Below, in pieces: positions 29,230 to 40,715 of a DNA stretch of 64,000 nt. The position numbers were made by a program, and so were the translations under genes. Numbering within the stretch: the stretch's first letter is position 1; every line of letters starts with the position of its first letter. Origin of the DNA: Tubiluchus corallicola (Eukaryota > Animalia > Priapulida). The notes beneath the pieces were generated by a model that saw nothing but the letters and a program-made list of their open reading frames with translations, had not been told where the DNA came from and searched no databases. Location of the stretch: positions 806,001-870,000 of the forward strand of contig JAQGDQ010000048.1 in the NCBI GenBank assembly GCA_030141605.1, written 5' to 3'.

Positions 29230-29955
29230 ATGTTGATGGTCAACCATTTAAATAAACTAAATGCTAAATAAACGTCTAGCTCAGCTACTGTGCGATTTGG
29301 AGTCCTGCAAGGGCTCACTTCGAACGAATTTTCTCTCTTCTTCACATAAACAATTTTTTTTACTAATACTAAAATGAATTGCAAACTTTTTGCCGATGAT
29401 ACAGATCTTTTTAAAGCTGACACTAGTATTAACTGCCTTGAAATTTCTATTAATATCGAACTTGCTAAAATTAATGACTGGAAGAGTGCTAACTATCTTT
29501 CTTTGATTATCTTAAAACAACATACATGATCATTGGTAAAAGCAAAAAAGTTAAAAATGTAGAATTAAATCTAATGATGGGTAACCATTTTCTGCAGCAT
29601 ACCAGCCAAATATATAGGAATAATTATTGGCTATAAATTGACATGGGTTTCTCATATTCGCCATGTCATCAGTATGACAAGTAGAATGAACAGAATGAAC
29701 TTTAAAATTAAACAAACCATCAGAAAAGATACTATACAATGAAACTCATTTATTCCTGATTGGTTATGCCTTATCTGCTGTATGCCATATTAGCATGGGA
29801 TACAGTATCTCATTTGGCCCTGAAACCCCTACTTTCTCTTTATAGTCAGTCAAAATCAATTTATTAAATTAATGACCTATGCCAGTAGAAAGGCACCAAA
29901 GACTCATGTTACACCATTGTATTATGAATTGAAAATACTGAAACTAAAAGATTAC
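29230..29955 (+). mobile_element. Degenerate non-LTR retrotransposon (CR1/L2-like LINE) reverse transcriptase relic
   Basis: Frameshifted motifs in canonical order: GV.QG(S) at 29299, LFADDT at 29386-29403, ELAKINDW..AN.LSL, KYIGIII, KLTW.SHI, THVTPLYYELKILKLKD; many stops and indels. Confidence 0.8.
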
Positions 29956-32900
29956 GGATTCTCTACTGATATCTGCTATTTTATGTATTAAGTACCTAAT
30001 AATAACGCAGAAGTCCTACTATAGTAATATTTATATATGCTTCACCTAGTATCATGGATTTAGTTTTTTAAAAAATTACTTGAAAGTGATATCATTTACA
30101 TTTCTTATATATTCACATTCCTGAAAGGGAAGGAAAGTGCACCCAATCAAACTCTTCTTGTCAATATACATTAATCAGTAATTGATTACAGTTTTGAAAT
30201 ACCCTAAAGTGCCGCTTTAAGTCCTCAGATAGAAAGACATAGTAGATTAGTAGATGATAATTGATTTTTATTCTGCAATCGATCTTTTGAAATGCTATAG
30301 TAATATTTTTCGTACATTATTACTAAGTTTAATGACATTTCTCCTTATTATAAGTAGGTAAGTATATATATAAGAATTTATAACAAGCACGTGAATTAAT
30401 TAATCCAGTGAATTTAAATTAGTTATGCAAAAATATAGTAATACGTTATTTTTTTAAATAGCTTATAATATTAATAATAGCAAGTAATACATATTTGTTA
30501 ATTTGGTTATCCGAGTTGTAGTGTGTACTGATGTGTTATGCTGTATTAATTTTATGATGAGCTGGGGCAGCACATTGCTTATGATATGGACCATCCCTGT
30601 CTTCTTCACCGCTAACATGTTTCTTCTCCTTTTGTAATTGTTGTTTTGTTGCATTATGTGCCTAAGAGAAGTAAAATAAATTATCTATGTTTTGTCTATG
30701 CAGTATGTCTATTTTGTTGAACAACGTTTTATGCCTACTGACAATTTATTTATTTTTATCCTGGCTAATTTGATGAACATTTTGCATTAGGTATTTGTTG
30801 TTTTAACTTTTATATTATCTGTGCGTATCCAATGTAATTTTAGTATGGCACTATATATCTTCTTTTTTCGGGAATATGTTCTAATTTTTGTGCAATTCTG
30901 TCAAAATATGAAGTTAGTAACTTTGCATCAGAGCCTACTGAGTGGGCCAAACACAATTAGAAAATGGATGTTTACTTGTATTGCAGTGTGGTGAAATCAG
31001 AATTACAACATTTCTGAAAAACAAAAAATGCGGCAATGGATAACATAACATGTAATTTTTTCATCCTTTTTGCCGGTTGTCGATTATTGCTCCTGTGTGA
31101 CTCACAAATCATACTTTACGTGTTGAACTCAGCTGGTTGTACCATTGCCTGCACGGCTCTCGTAAACTCACCAGTCTTCACTCAGTTTATGCTCTCTATA
31201 ATTTATGATTTCATGCTTTTACTTTAATGGTTGCTGTAAATTACCTGTGAGCCACCGAATCCATTTCGATCGTGTACTTTTGGCTAGCAAAAAGTGGTTT
31301 TTGTTTAGCCGCTTCTGAAACTCATTCGATGTTGTGCTCGCCGCGACCCCTGGGAGCATTTTTCGGCCATTTTGAGCGTGGGATATTGCGGCGTAATGCG
31401 TCTTTATGCGCAATTGCTGGAGAGTATAAGAGCGAAAAATAAACGCTGTTGTAAATCAATAAGGAAGTTGGTGCTTGATTTTTTTACATGTATCCAATGC
31501 TTTTGTTGTCTCTATGACAGTTTATATTGTTTAATCTTGATAGAACCTGCTAATTAATTGCTAGTAATTCTACCAATTCCTCCTGCAAGCGTGAGCAGCC
31601 ATAATTATGTATAGAATAGGCCCTGTGAGGATTCTATGGCCTTTTTCGACGAGTTTGATTCTGTTACGTTTTATTTCGTTTTTATTTTTCGATTTTTGTC
31701 TACACCTTTAGTCTGGAGCCACGAACCTATTTAGCGTCGTTTTTTCATGTTTGTAGTCTACCATTAGCAGCATACATACTTGACAAGAGTTCGTTAAGAC
31801 ATCACAACGGCAAATTAGCTGGTTCTTGGGCCTGTAGGGCTAGATACCTAGGAATGTAACGAAGACGGTCTGACAGAGACAAACGACTATGTCTTATTTT
31901 CGTTTAAAATGTGAGCAACTGTCACCAAAGGCCGAGCTTTTTCTATGAACTAAAGAGTTTTAATGTGTCACCTAATGCAGTGGCGCTTTGATGGTTAAAT
32001 AAGTTATGATGGTTCAAGTGTTATAAGTAAAAACAATTATATTAAAATATTTTTCAAGTAAAGGTATCTAGGTAGGTCTCGTATTGGTATTTGGCAAGTA
32101 ATGGTTGACAGGCTCTGGCCTACAGCTTTATGAGCAGTACAAGTGAAGGAAATCAGCTCCTTCGGAACATAAAATTATAAATTAATCGGCTTCCTTTCTG
32201 TTTCAAATCCTAATCTTCACTTTTTTTATTTATCATCTGTTTGACATGTCCGGCGCACTATAACCTCTTCCCTATAGTTTCTTCCTTCTCTTCCCTTCTC
32301 CAATTAACGAGTTTTCTTCGTCTTTTGGGTGTACTGTTTTCAAATTATCTAACTTCAAAAGTTTAAACGTACCTATCACGGATCCAGACTTTTTAACCTA
32401 ATTTCGCTGTTCTGATTAGGTATCATCTTCAGGTGCCAGGGTGCAGTTTGTAATAGGTCATCAAAGTGAACTCTGCGTTCTGCATACTTTGCATTCTGGT
32501 CCCAGTTTGTCATTCATTGTCTGTTTTAGCACCCTTGTTCTTATCATGTGTGTTGCTGTGTGCAGCAGTTTTTTGATTGTGTGCATTAAATATATAACAC
32601 TTATGTGTTTGATGGTCGTTTTGCTCTAAATAAAATTTACTTATTTTGCCACACAAATTTTGACAACGCACACTCATCATCATCACTTTCCCCATTTCAA
32701 TGTTGCTTGTTGCAAGCGAAAGCCGGCATCACCATTTTGGAAATGCAGACATTGTGGAAGAAAGAAGTTCATGCTTGCATTTTTGATGCCAAAGCCGGAC
32801 ATTTCTCGCGCGATTATACTACATGTAGTATTCGTTCCCTGCAGTTTTTGATTGTCTTTTATACTGGGTTTCCTGGATCGCTTGTTGCCCGTTTCTTCTA

Positions 32901-34667
32901 CGTAGAGGTACGGCGGGCTTCTAAAAGAACCCTAAGATGTTGGGGTAATGGTTTTGCAGAGAAAACTTCTGTGCTTCAATAATAGTTCCATTTCTCAGAA
33001 TTTATTTTCTCTTCGCTGACTAATGCAATAAGTAGTTGATAGGAGGAGTTAGAGTCAATTAAGTGTTTAGCAGTCTAAGTTTAGTGCCAGCTTCAACAGA
33101 AAGCAATTACAATTCGCCGCTTTTATGACCATTGGCGGAAAATGAAAACGCCGTTTGCCCGATTGCTGCATTGAAACTTCGTTCTGTGGCGACCGCCAGT
33201 ACGTTTAAACGGCGTTTAGCTCTATCATGGCGCACTGAAACCGACGTAAACTGGCATTGTATGCCAGCCAACGATGTTGTAACTAGTTTAATAGTCAATT
33301 CTTCAACACTTTGTCTCTGCCAGCCACTTCCTTATTCGGCTGTGTTTATGATGGCTAAACCTCTGATGGGAAAAGCTTGTTTTAGTGCAGATTAAATGTT
33401 GTTTTATAGCCGACTGCAGATCATTCTTGGCCGGCCGTAAAACGATGATATTCAGCATGCGAGGTGTTTGTGATCAGTCGCTTTGGTGCTTTCAGAAAAT
33501 CATTTCAGGACCGTAAAACATCGCAGCAACTGGTCGTTAAAGTTGGACATTCTCTCGTAAAAGTTTCAGGTTGGAATGAAACAGTCCCATTGTGCAGCTT
33601 GTTGATGCTGCGGGCTAAGATCGTAAATATTTCATTGTCCGGGGGAGGTAGTGAGCTCTCCGTCCAAGCAGATGTCACCCCCGACAGTTTTACGACTCGG
33701 CTTATTCGTGATTGAAAGATCATAAAAGTAAAGTTCACTCATCCGAGATGTGCGTCGTCTCCGCGGGGAGGCGTTCGTAATGCCCAACTTCAAATGGTCA
33801 TAAATTTAAACGAAATTTATTCCCTGCCCACTGAATTGACTTGTATTTTCAGTAATTGTACTGTGTTGATTAAAACACTCACCTTGCCTTACCTGCTTTG
33901 AAGTGTAATTGACTGTCCGTTTTATGCTACGTTTAATGTGAAATGTTTTAGTAATTTTAATTTATTCGAGTGTTATCAGCATAGTGAGTTGAGAACATTC
34001 CCACGCGTAAATGAACGAATTGAAAAGTTTAATTGAAATGTTTGTATCGTGATGATACATTGTAATAGCAGTTTTTATAAAAATTGTAATAAATAATTTA
34101 CAATGTGCATTAATTGGGCATTGTCATGCATATATGTTGCAGAAGATTGAATTGTAGTTTTTTTACATAACGATTTGTAATTACTTTTTATCAAAAATTG
34201 CTTATTTTTATGTTGTCTTATCACGAACAAGAATGAAGTTGAGTAGTGCTAACTAAATACACAAGTATTTTTAAATAAAAAAAACAAGGAAAAAATCGTT
34301 AATGGTAGCTAAATGGTAATTTTGACTTAATAAAGCAATTACTACAACAAAACAGAAGCACACTGCACAGAAAACTATAACTGAAAACGTTGCGAAATAA
34401 AAACAAAGAGCGCCACAAACGTATATACTGTTGATGTGGTCGAGTTCTGTTTCAAAATAAGAAGTCGTTGGTCTACTTGGCTTTAAAGGAAAACAGGGCC
34501 TACTTTCAAACTACGGTGCACAATGATCTAATGTATAAAATATTGAAAGGAAAAATGATGTTTCTTTAAAAATGGCTTACCTGAAGGAATTATTTCTGCG
34601 GAAACTTAATTTTGTTTCCGCACGGTTAGTTTTTTGCTGTTGCACGCGTTTCGCCATTCGTAGTTAG

Positions 34668-35273
34668 ATGGACAACAACACCTGTATCTGGGAAATGTGT
34701 TGCACAAAAATAGGCACTATACCTGGTTGTAAGACCAGGGTGAGAAACAGCAATTCCTCAAAGCGAGTTACATATTGCCAACTAAATCCTACACGAACCA
34801 CCCCTAATTCCTCAAGAAACCTTCGAATTATATCGAATAGCTTTCACTCGACAGCATCTGCAATGAAAATTGAAAAAGGACGGTGGAGCCGCCAACATCG
34901 AGAACAAAGATTATGCCAATGTGGATCCATACAAACGGAAGAACATTTATTAAATTAAAATCATTAATTTATTAACTGACCACTTAAGAAGGCAGTTTAC
35001 CGATGTATACTTCAAATCATTAACCTCAATATTGTCTTGTAAAAAAGCTTTTAAAATTTGTTGTCTTTTTCTGAGTGTTTGAATGTGTGTATAGTTAAAT
35101 TACCTTGTGTGAATTTTAATTAAAATAGTTTAATAGTGAAGCTGCGTTTTGATGTCGTGCACTATAATGTTGTAAACTCTGTGGACTAATTCTATGTTAC
35201 CCCACCATTGCTAAATATATGTTATGTTGTAAAAAAATTAGTCAATAAAAATCTATTAATACTACTACTACTA
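34668..35273 (+). mobile_element. 5'-truncated LINE 3' end (ORF2 C-terminal Cys/His region, 3' UTR, tandem tail)
   Basis: KIEKGRWSRQHREQRLCQCGSIQTEEHLL fits the IE.GR....R..RLC..C...E.EH LINE ORF2 end motif; AATAAA at 35244 followed by an (ACT)n tail at 35261-35273. Confidence 0.7.
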
Positions 35274-38200
35274 AGAAGATAGTTGTAACGTGGGTACACA
35301 CTTATCAGATCACGAATTTCAACAATGTTCTACACAATAGTTATTTCAATTTTCTCTCTTTCGTAAGTGTGTGCAACATGCTCACGGAACGTTTCTACCA
35401 TTATAAACTTACATTCAGAATTGACGTCATCGCTAGGTAAGTTCGCTGGCCATCAATAAAGTTCGAAGCTAATAATTAAATTTAGAAATACTTTGGCATT
35501 ACTAAAGGCCATAAAATTTACATTCTTATCATACTTCAAAATGGGGTGGAATCTGAAAAATCACCCTATTTTCCTGTAACAAAAATGAGGGTAACAGAAA
35601 AAGCAGGCTATCAAAAACAAACCAAGTTCTTCGTATGATAACAATACGTTGTACTGATTGTAGCATGGGACAACACTTAATATGAGAACTAGCGAGAAAT
35701 TGCTAGAAATAATTGCGTGTCCCTGTTTGCAAGGAGCCTGGCACATTGTAATTTTTAGGATTTTCACCCCAGTATCAGAAAACAGCGAAGATGATTTATA
35801 GAAGATGATATTACCTTTGATACTGATGGTGCTTCTGTAGTATTGTTATTTGTTGGTTGAATAAAAAATCGTATACATTAAGTCATTCTAATATTTCTGA
35901 TGCCAACATGCGAATAATCCTGGTGGCGTGTTTTTCTTCATAAGTCCTAGATGTTTTTACAGAGAAGTCGTGGTTGCGCGACTAAATTTTCAGCTGTTCA
36001 TGTATCACTGAGCAGGAGAGACCTTAACCATGTGAAAAATACTAACAAACTCAACTGTCCATGGCTGACCGGCTGATTTGAACGTTGCGTGAGTTAAACT
36101 GACAGCATCATTTGTCAGTTGCGTATTGTCTAAGATGGCTGGGGAGTTGGGTGTGTAATTTTTCTGCTTTCATGCGACGTATTCTGCACTTTTGTCTTCA
36201 TCAATCAATGATGATCATGAAGCTGATGGAAGACACGTTTGAAGGACACTTCCTCATTTATGAAACAGCTGCCGAGGTTGACTGCTTGAGTTACATGATA
36301 TATGTAAATGTGAGTTAAATGGCAACACTTTCACTGTTAGGCCTATTATATGTTTCATATAATGTAAACCACTCTTTTTGCGTTTCGCTTTCTAGTTCCG
36401 CTGAGTGCATCTGACTTCTAAAATATTAGCCCAAGACAACTGTTGATTTAACTTTGAAACAACGATAGTCCTAGTTTACTATCTTGATGTCCACTGATTC
36501 AGCAATTATACTTTATAATGCATCAATACAGTATATAGTCTCTCTATAAAATATGTGTTAAGTTTTAGGTGTCATGCAGGTAAAGTTTCTGTTTTGATTC
36601 AAGAACTCTGTCTTTCGTAATTTTCAGTCAATTCAATTTCGTCGGTTGGCCCTAAATCCGGCCTGCGCTTGTTTTTCCGTCAGTTTGTGTACGCTGTAAT
36701 AACCATTCTCGCATGGCGACCGCCATAGTAGCAGCTGCGCTTAGCTTATGTCAAACAAGATGATGGATGGTCGGTTGTCAGCGAAATTGGAAACGTGGCA
36801 TTGAGCCCGAGAATACTTGATACTCTGTCCCTTGCAAAAACTTGCTACTGTAGCTTTTTCCGATATTGATGCGTTCTTGAGCAGTGACTAGATTTATTGA
36901 CATTGATAAAACAAAGACATTCTTCTTCCGAGTACTTGCATCTTTTGGCCGGAACTTAATCTGATCACTGGGAGATTTCAAAACTTAAAATAACATTTTG
37001 GAAAACGCTGTGTATCGTTCCACATCCCTAAATAGATCTAACAATGAAAGACCACCCATAGCTTAATTATTTAAGTATAGACAATACTGTAACGCACACT
37101 TCTTTTCCCTGCTCTTTGTAACGTGTGTCATGCTCTCCTTAGTGATTATATTTCACTCAATTCCCGTGTGGTAGAGGATTTTCCAAGGCGGAGGGCTCTA
37201 ATCGTGTTATGTTCAAGAATAAATTGTTTTCATATTTCATATAGAAATACAAGATATTTCTATGTGTTTATGTTTTCTAGTTAATTAATTTTTTATGACT
37301 TTTATGACTATATGGAAATATGGAGATTCGTATGGATATTAGCCTGCCAATTTCCAAACAACAATTTTCTTTCAATTTCTAGAAGTTTGATAACATTTGA
37401 CAGGTCTATATGTATACCCAATTGTTGCAATTAATTACGATTTTTTATTCATGTATAGCAGTGTTGAAGTCATCTACAAACTTCGCTTCTCTGGAGCCTA
37501 GATGCAGTTATGACACAAACAAACTCTTTACAGATCAATGGCATAGTTTGATGTTCGCCCAGCATTATCCAGATTTGCTTTTCCTGCGGGAAAATTGAAG
37601 CAATCTCCTTAAAACATCATTTCCTCTAAGGTCTTATTAAGGAAGTTCATCCATCATAGCTACGTCTGCTGTGCCACTCCTCTGCTCTAAGCATTGTGCT
37701 GCTGTTTTAATGGGTTCATTTATTTCTTCTTCTTGTTTGCTTTTACTCTGCGGACAATTTTTGCTATAGATTTAATTAGTGTAAATTTTTACCCAGTTCA
37801 ATCAGAGACGACAAATATGAACTTATATGTGCTACTTTACAAAGTGGTATATTTAGAGAAGTATGATCGTTTTACGCGTTTTTTGAGCTATTAACCTACT
37901 TGTAATTCGTTGTTGTCTAGCTCATGTTAGCCTATGACGTGATCAAAGCTTTTTTGTTTTTTATTGCTTATTTGATAGCTTCGAAATGTACTAATACCAG
38001 TTAGTATTTTGGTGACATCACTCTTGTCGAAAATTCCTGAATAAATATATTTGAAACGTCATTTTTTATCTTACCAAAGAGAATTTCTTCAACAGCTTTA
38101 GCATGTCAAAGTTGCAGGAATTGCCGAGAATAATATTTTCTTATTAGATCGGATTTTCATGTCTGCACTCAGTGAGTTTACAAGCGGGTGGTTCTTCTGC

Positions 38201-38633
38201 CTCGTGTTTGTCCTTAAACCTGCTTCTGTAAACATTAAGACTCAGAAGATTTAAAACTGCTAGCTGATCATAGCTAATAAAGATCTTATTATGAAATATT
38301 GCTCTTTAGAATAGCATATAGTTATTTTTAAATGACCGTAAACATTTTGTACTTTTAATGTTGCTCTATACGTCTGTACACGGTTTCGCAAATTTACGAA
38401 GTTTTTGATCTTTTTTAATTAGTGACTCGTGTACAAAATAATTTTGTATGTCAGTGTATGTATTGTGTAGTACATTGATGGTTTCCTCAGTCGTCCAGTT
38501 AATTGTGTGTTAACTAATAATTAATTAATTGCCTACTGGCGAATCGAAAGTAGTTTTGTAATTTTCGTCAGTACTAAAATCAGCAAATTTGATTTCATTA
38601 TTTTGTTCTACATATAATTTTTGTCTATTTCAG

Positions 38634-38717
38634 GTCCTACTGCCTATAGTCCAGATGGGGCAGATATGGGATACCCTGGTATGATGGATAGCCAACACCC
38701 TATGCACCTCAGGCACG
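38634..38717 (+). CDS. Meis: Meis/hth copy A exon 11 (84 nt)
   Basis: Acceptor ctatttcag|, donor G|gtaagc; (G)PTAYSPDGADMGYPGMMDSQHPMHLRH matches the Meis YSPDG/YNPDG..MG...MD.Q.HM..R motif; phase 1 to phase 1. Confidence 0.93.
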
Positions 38718-39419
38718 GTAAGCAAAAGATTTTTAAACTTCAGTTAATTTACATTCACGAAACTACTGTGAATCAACATTTTTGTTGCAACAGACAACAC
38801 TTCTGCTCTATTGGCCTATTAGCAGTGATCATTTTGTTGACTGTATAAGCACAATATGTCGTGACATTTCTTAAGCATAATATGGAGATTTCTAAACTGA
38901 CTTCCATTTAACGCTTAGCAAAAACCGTGTTATAGGAATTTTTGGTTTATAAGCATTATGACACATCGTAGTGGAGACACTTTTTTAAGCACGTTATATA
39001 TTGGACTTCTTGTCGACACTTTATCTTAATTTTCGATAAGAACCGAAAAGACAGTGATAACCGATCAAGATCAAGATCCGATCAAGTTGTTACTCTTGTC
39101 TTGGGGATAACAAAGGACGAAGTTGCTCTTGTGCAGGAGATAACCCAAGTGATAGTTGCATGGAGACTGCTACAGAATACTCGTGCAACGCCTAGTATTG
39201 TGTAGGAAAAGCGAATTATATACAGTATTTATTAAGTTTTTACTAATTCAATATAAGCTGAAAGGAATTCTTTCTTTTGTAACATTTTAATAAACAGTCA
39301 TCAAAGTGTGGTTCTTTTTGTAGTTTGACAAGGACAAGATAGACTGTGCCTTCAACTCCTTGATAAGATGGCAATGACAATGAAATAAGATGTCTAATAA
39401 TTTTGTCTTGTTTTTGCAG

Positions 39420-39664
39420 GTATGTATGGGGCTCCGGTGCCAGCGGGTCACCATGACGCAATGGGACCTTATGCCAGCCACTCTCCGCATTTACGAGCTC
39501 CAGTTCACTCCCAGGCAATGCTCATACCCGGTCACCCCCACCACATGATGATGGGTCACATGCCTAGTCACATGTCGCACCATGGTATGGCAGCCATGGC
39601 GTCGGCCCAGAGTCCTCCGATGCACGACCCAATGGGTCAGGTGATGGACATTCACGCCACATAG
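39420..39664 (+). CDS. Meis: Meis/hth copy A terminal coding exon (His/Met/Pro-rich C-terminal domain)
   Basis: Acceptor tttttgcag|; (G)MYGAPVPAGHH...QAMLIPGHPHH...AQSPPMHDPMGQVMDIHAT-TAG matches the vertebrate Meis b-type terminus (AQSP...GQVMDIHAQ). Confidence 0.95.
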
Positions 39665-40709
39665 TGGATGCTTTTTGCACATTTACGTGCTCTTAATAAT
39701 AGTGTGTAAATATTTAGTAGAAATGTGTTTATACGAAATTATTGAGTGATCTAACAGCACTGACATTCTTTTGATGGAGTGTTGAATCACAATACTGAAA
39801 AACTATCAACGATATCTGTTAAAACACCCTGTGAGAAGCTGATAATTATTTTCTGTGTGATGTTAATAATGGAATATACTCAATGAAACAGTTCTACTTT
39901 TATGAAGGCAAAGGACTTGCTTTAAAACAACTTTGGATACTGTTTTGTAAAACCTTTGAGTACAGATAGCAACCTGTGTGGTGCAGGTGCACACATTTAG
40001 CCTCCGTCACACAATTATTCTGAAGATAAAAATAAACTATGTATATTCTTAAGCAATTTTTCAGTCAATAATTATTTTTATCACTCTTGAAATTTAAAGT
40101 ACAGACAATTTCATTGAAATCATGTTACAGTTGTCTATTATGGTTAGTTTTCTTACGTCTTGTATATTTATAAATACAAAAAATATATAATTATGTATGT
40201 TACTAATCCAGGGTGGGCCTGGTTTACTAATACAGGGAAGAATTATAGAAGTATTTAAAATGAAAATATATCCTTGTATTGCTTTGTTTCGTAAATTTCT
40301 GATATTATTATTGTTTTATAAATATATTATAAATAGCACAAATAAATTGTAATTTAGAAAGTTTGCATTGTACATAAAAGGTGCTGAAATTATTATAAAT
40401 AGCCTTGACATCATTTTGATTTCTGAGGTTTTTGCGTTTTTCACCTCGAATGTTGACATTATTCTCATTTTTCTTGTAGTTCAAAAAACAGGATGTACTA
40501 ACAATCGTGAGTACAAATATGTTTTCTTAGGCAATGTTGTTTATCTTCTTAGGAACTTTACCATAGTTATTCCTTTTTATATAATGCTATGTAAATATTG
40601 CTTTAAGGAACAGATACTTAAGGATGTGTTAATGTGTACAACAGGGTATTCTTATTGCAGCACATGCTTACTGAAGTTAAATATAATTGTCTAAACAATC
40701 TTCTTTATC

Positions 40710-40715
40710 AATAAA
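40710..40715 (+). promoter_or_regulatory. Candidate polyadenylation signal of copy A (3' UTR about 1.05 kb); alternatives at 40031 and 40341
   Basis: AATAAA followed by T/GT-rich sequence at the end of an AU-rich, TGTA-rich UTR-like tract. Confidence 0.4.

Noticed and set aside
33107-33738. Several short ORFs suggesting a nested gene or pseudogene
   Set aside because: No protein family recognised and the frames do not join; better explained as a regulatory island.
39491-39682. Similar antisense ORFs over both terminal exons (also 48327-48635 +)
   Set aside because: Shadow frames of the His/Met-rich sense CDS; their similarity follows from the sense identity, and their ends differ.
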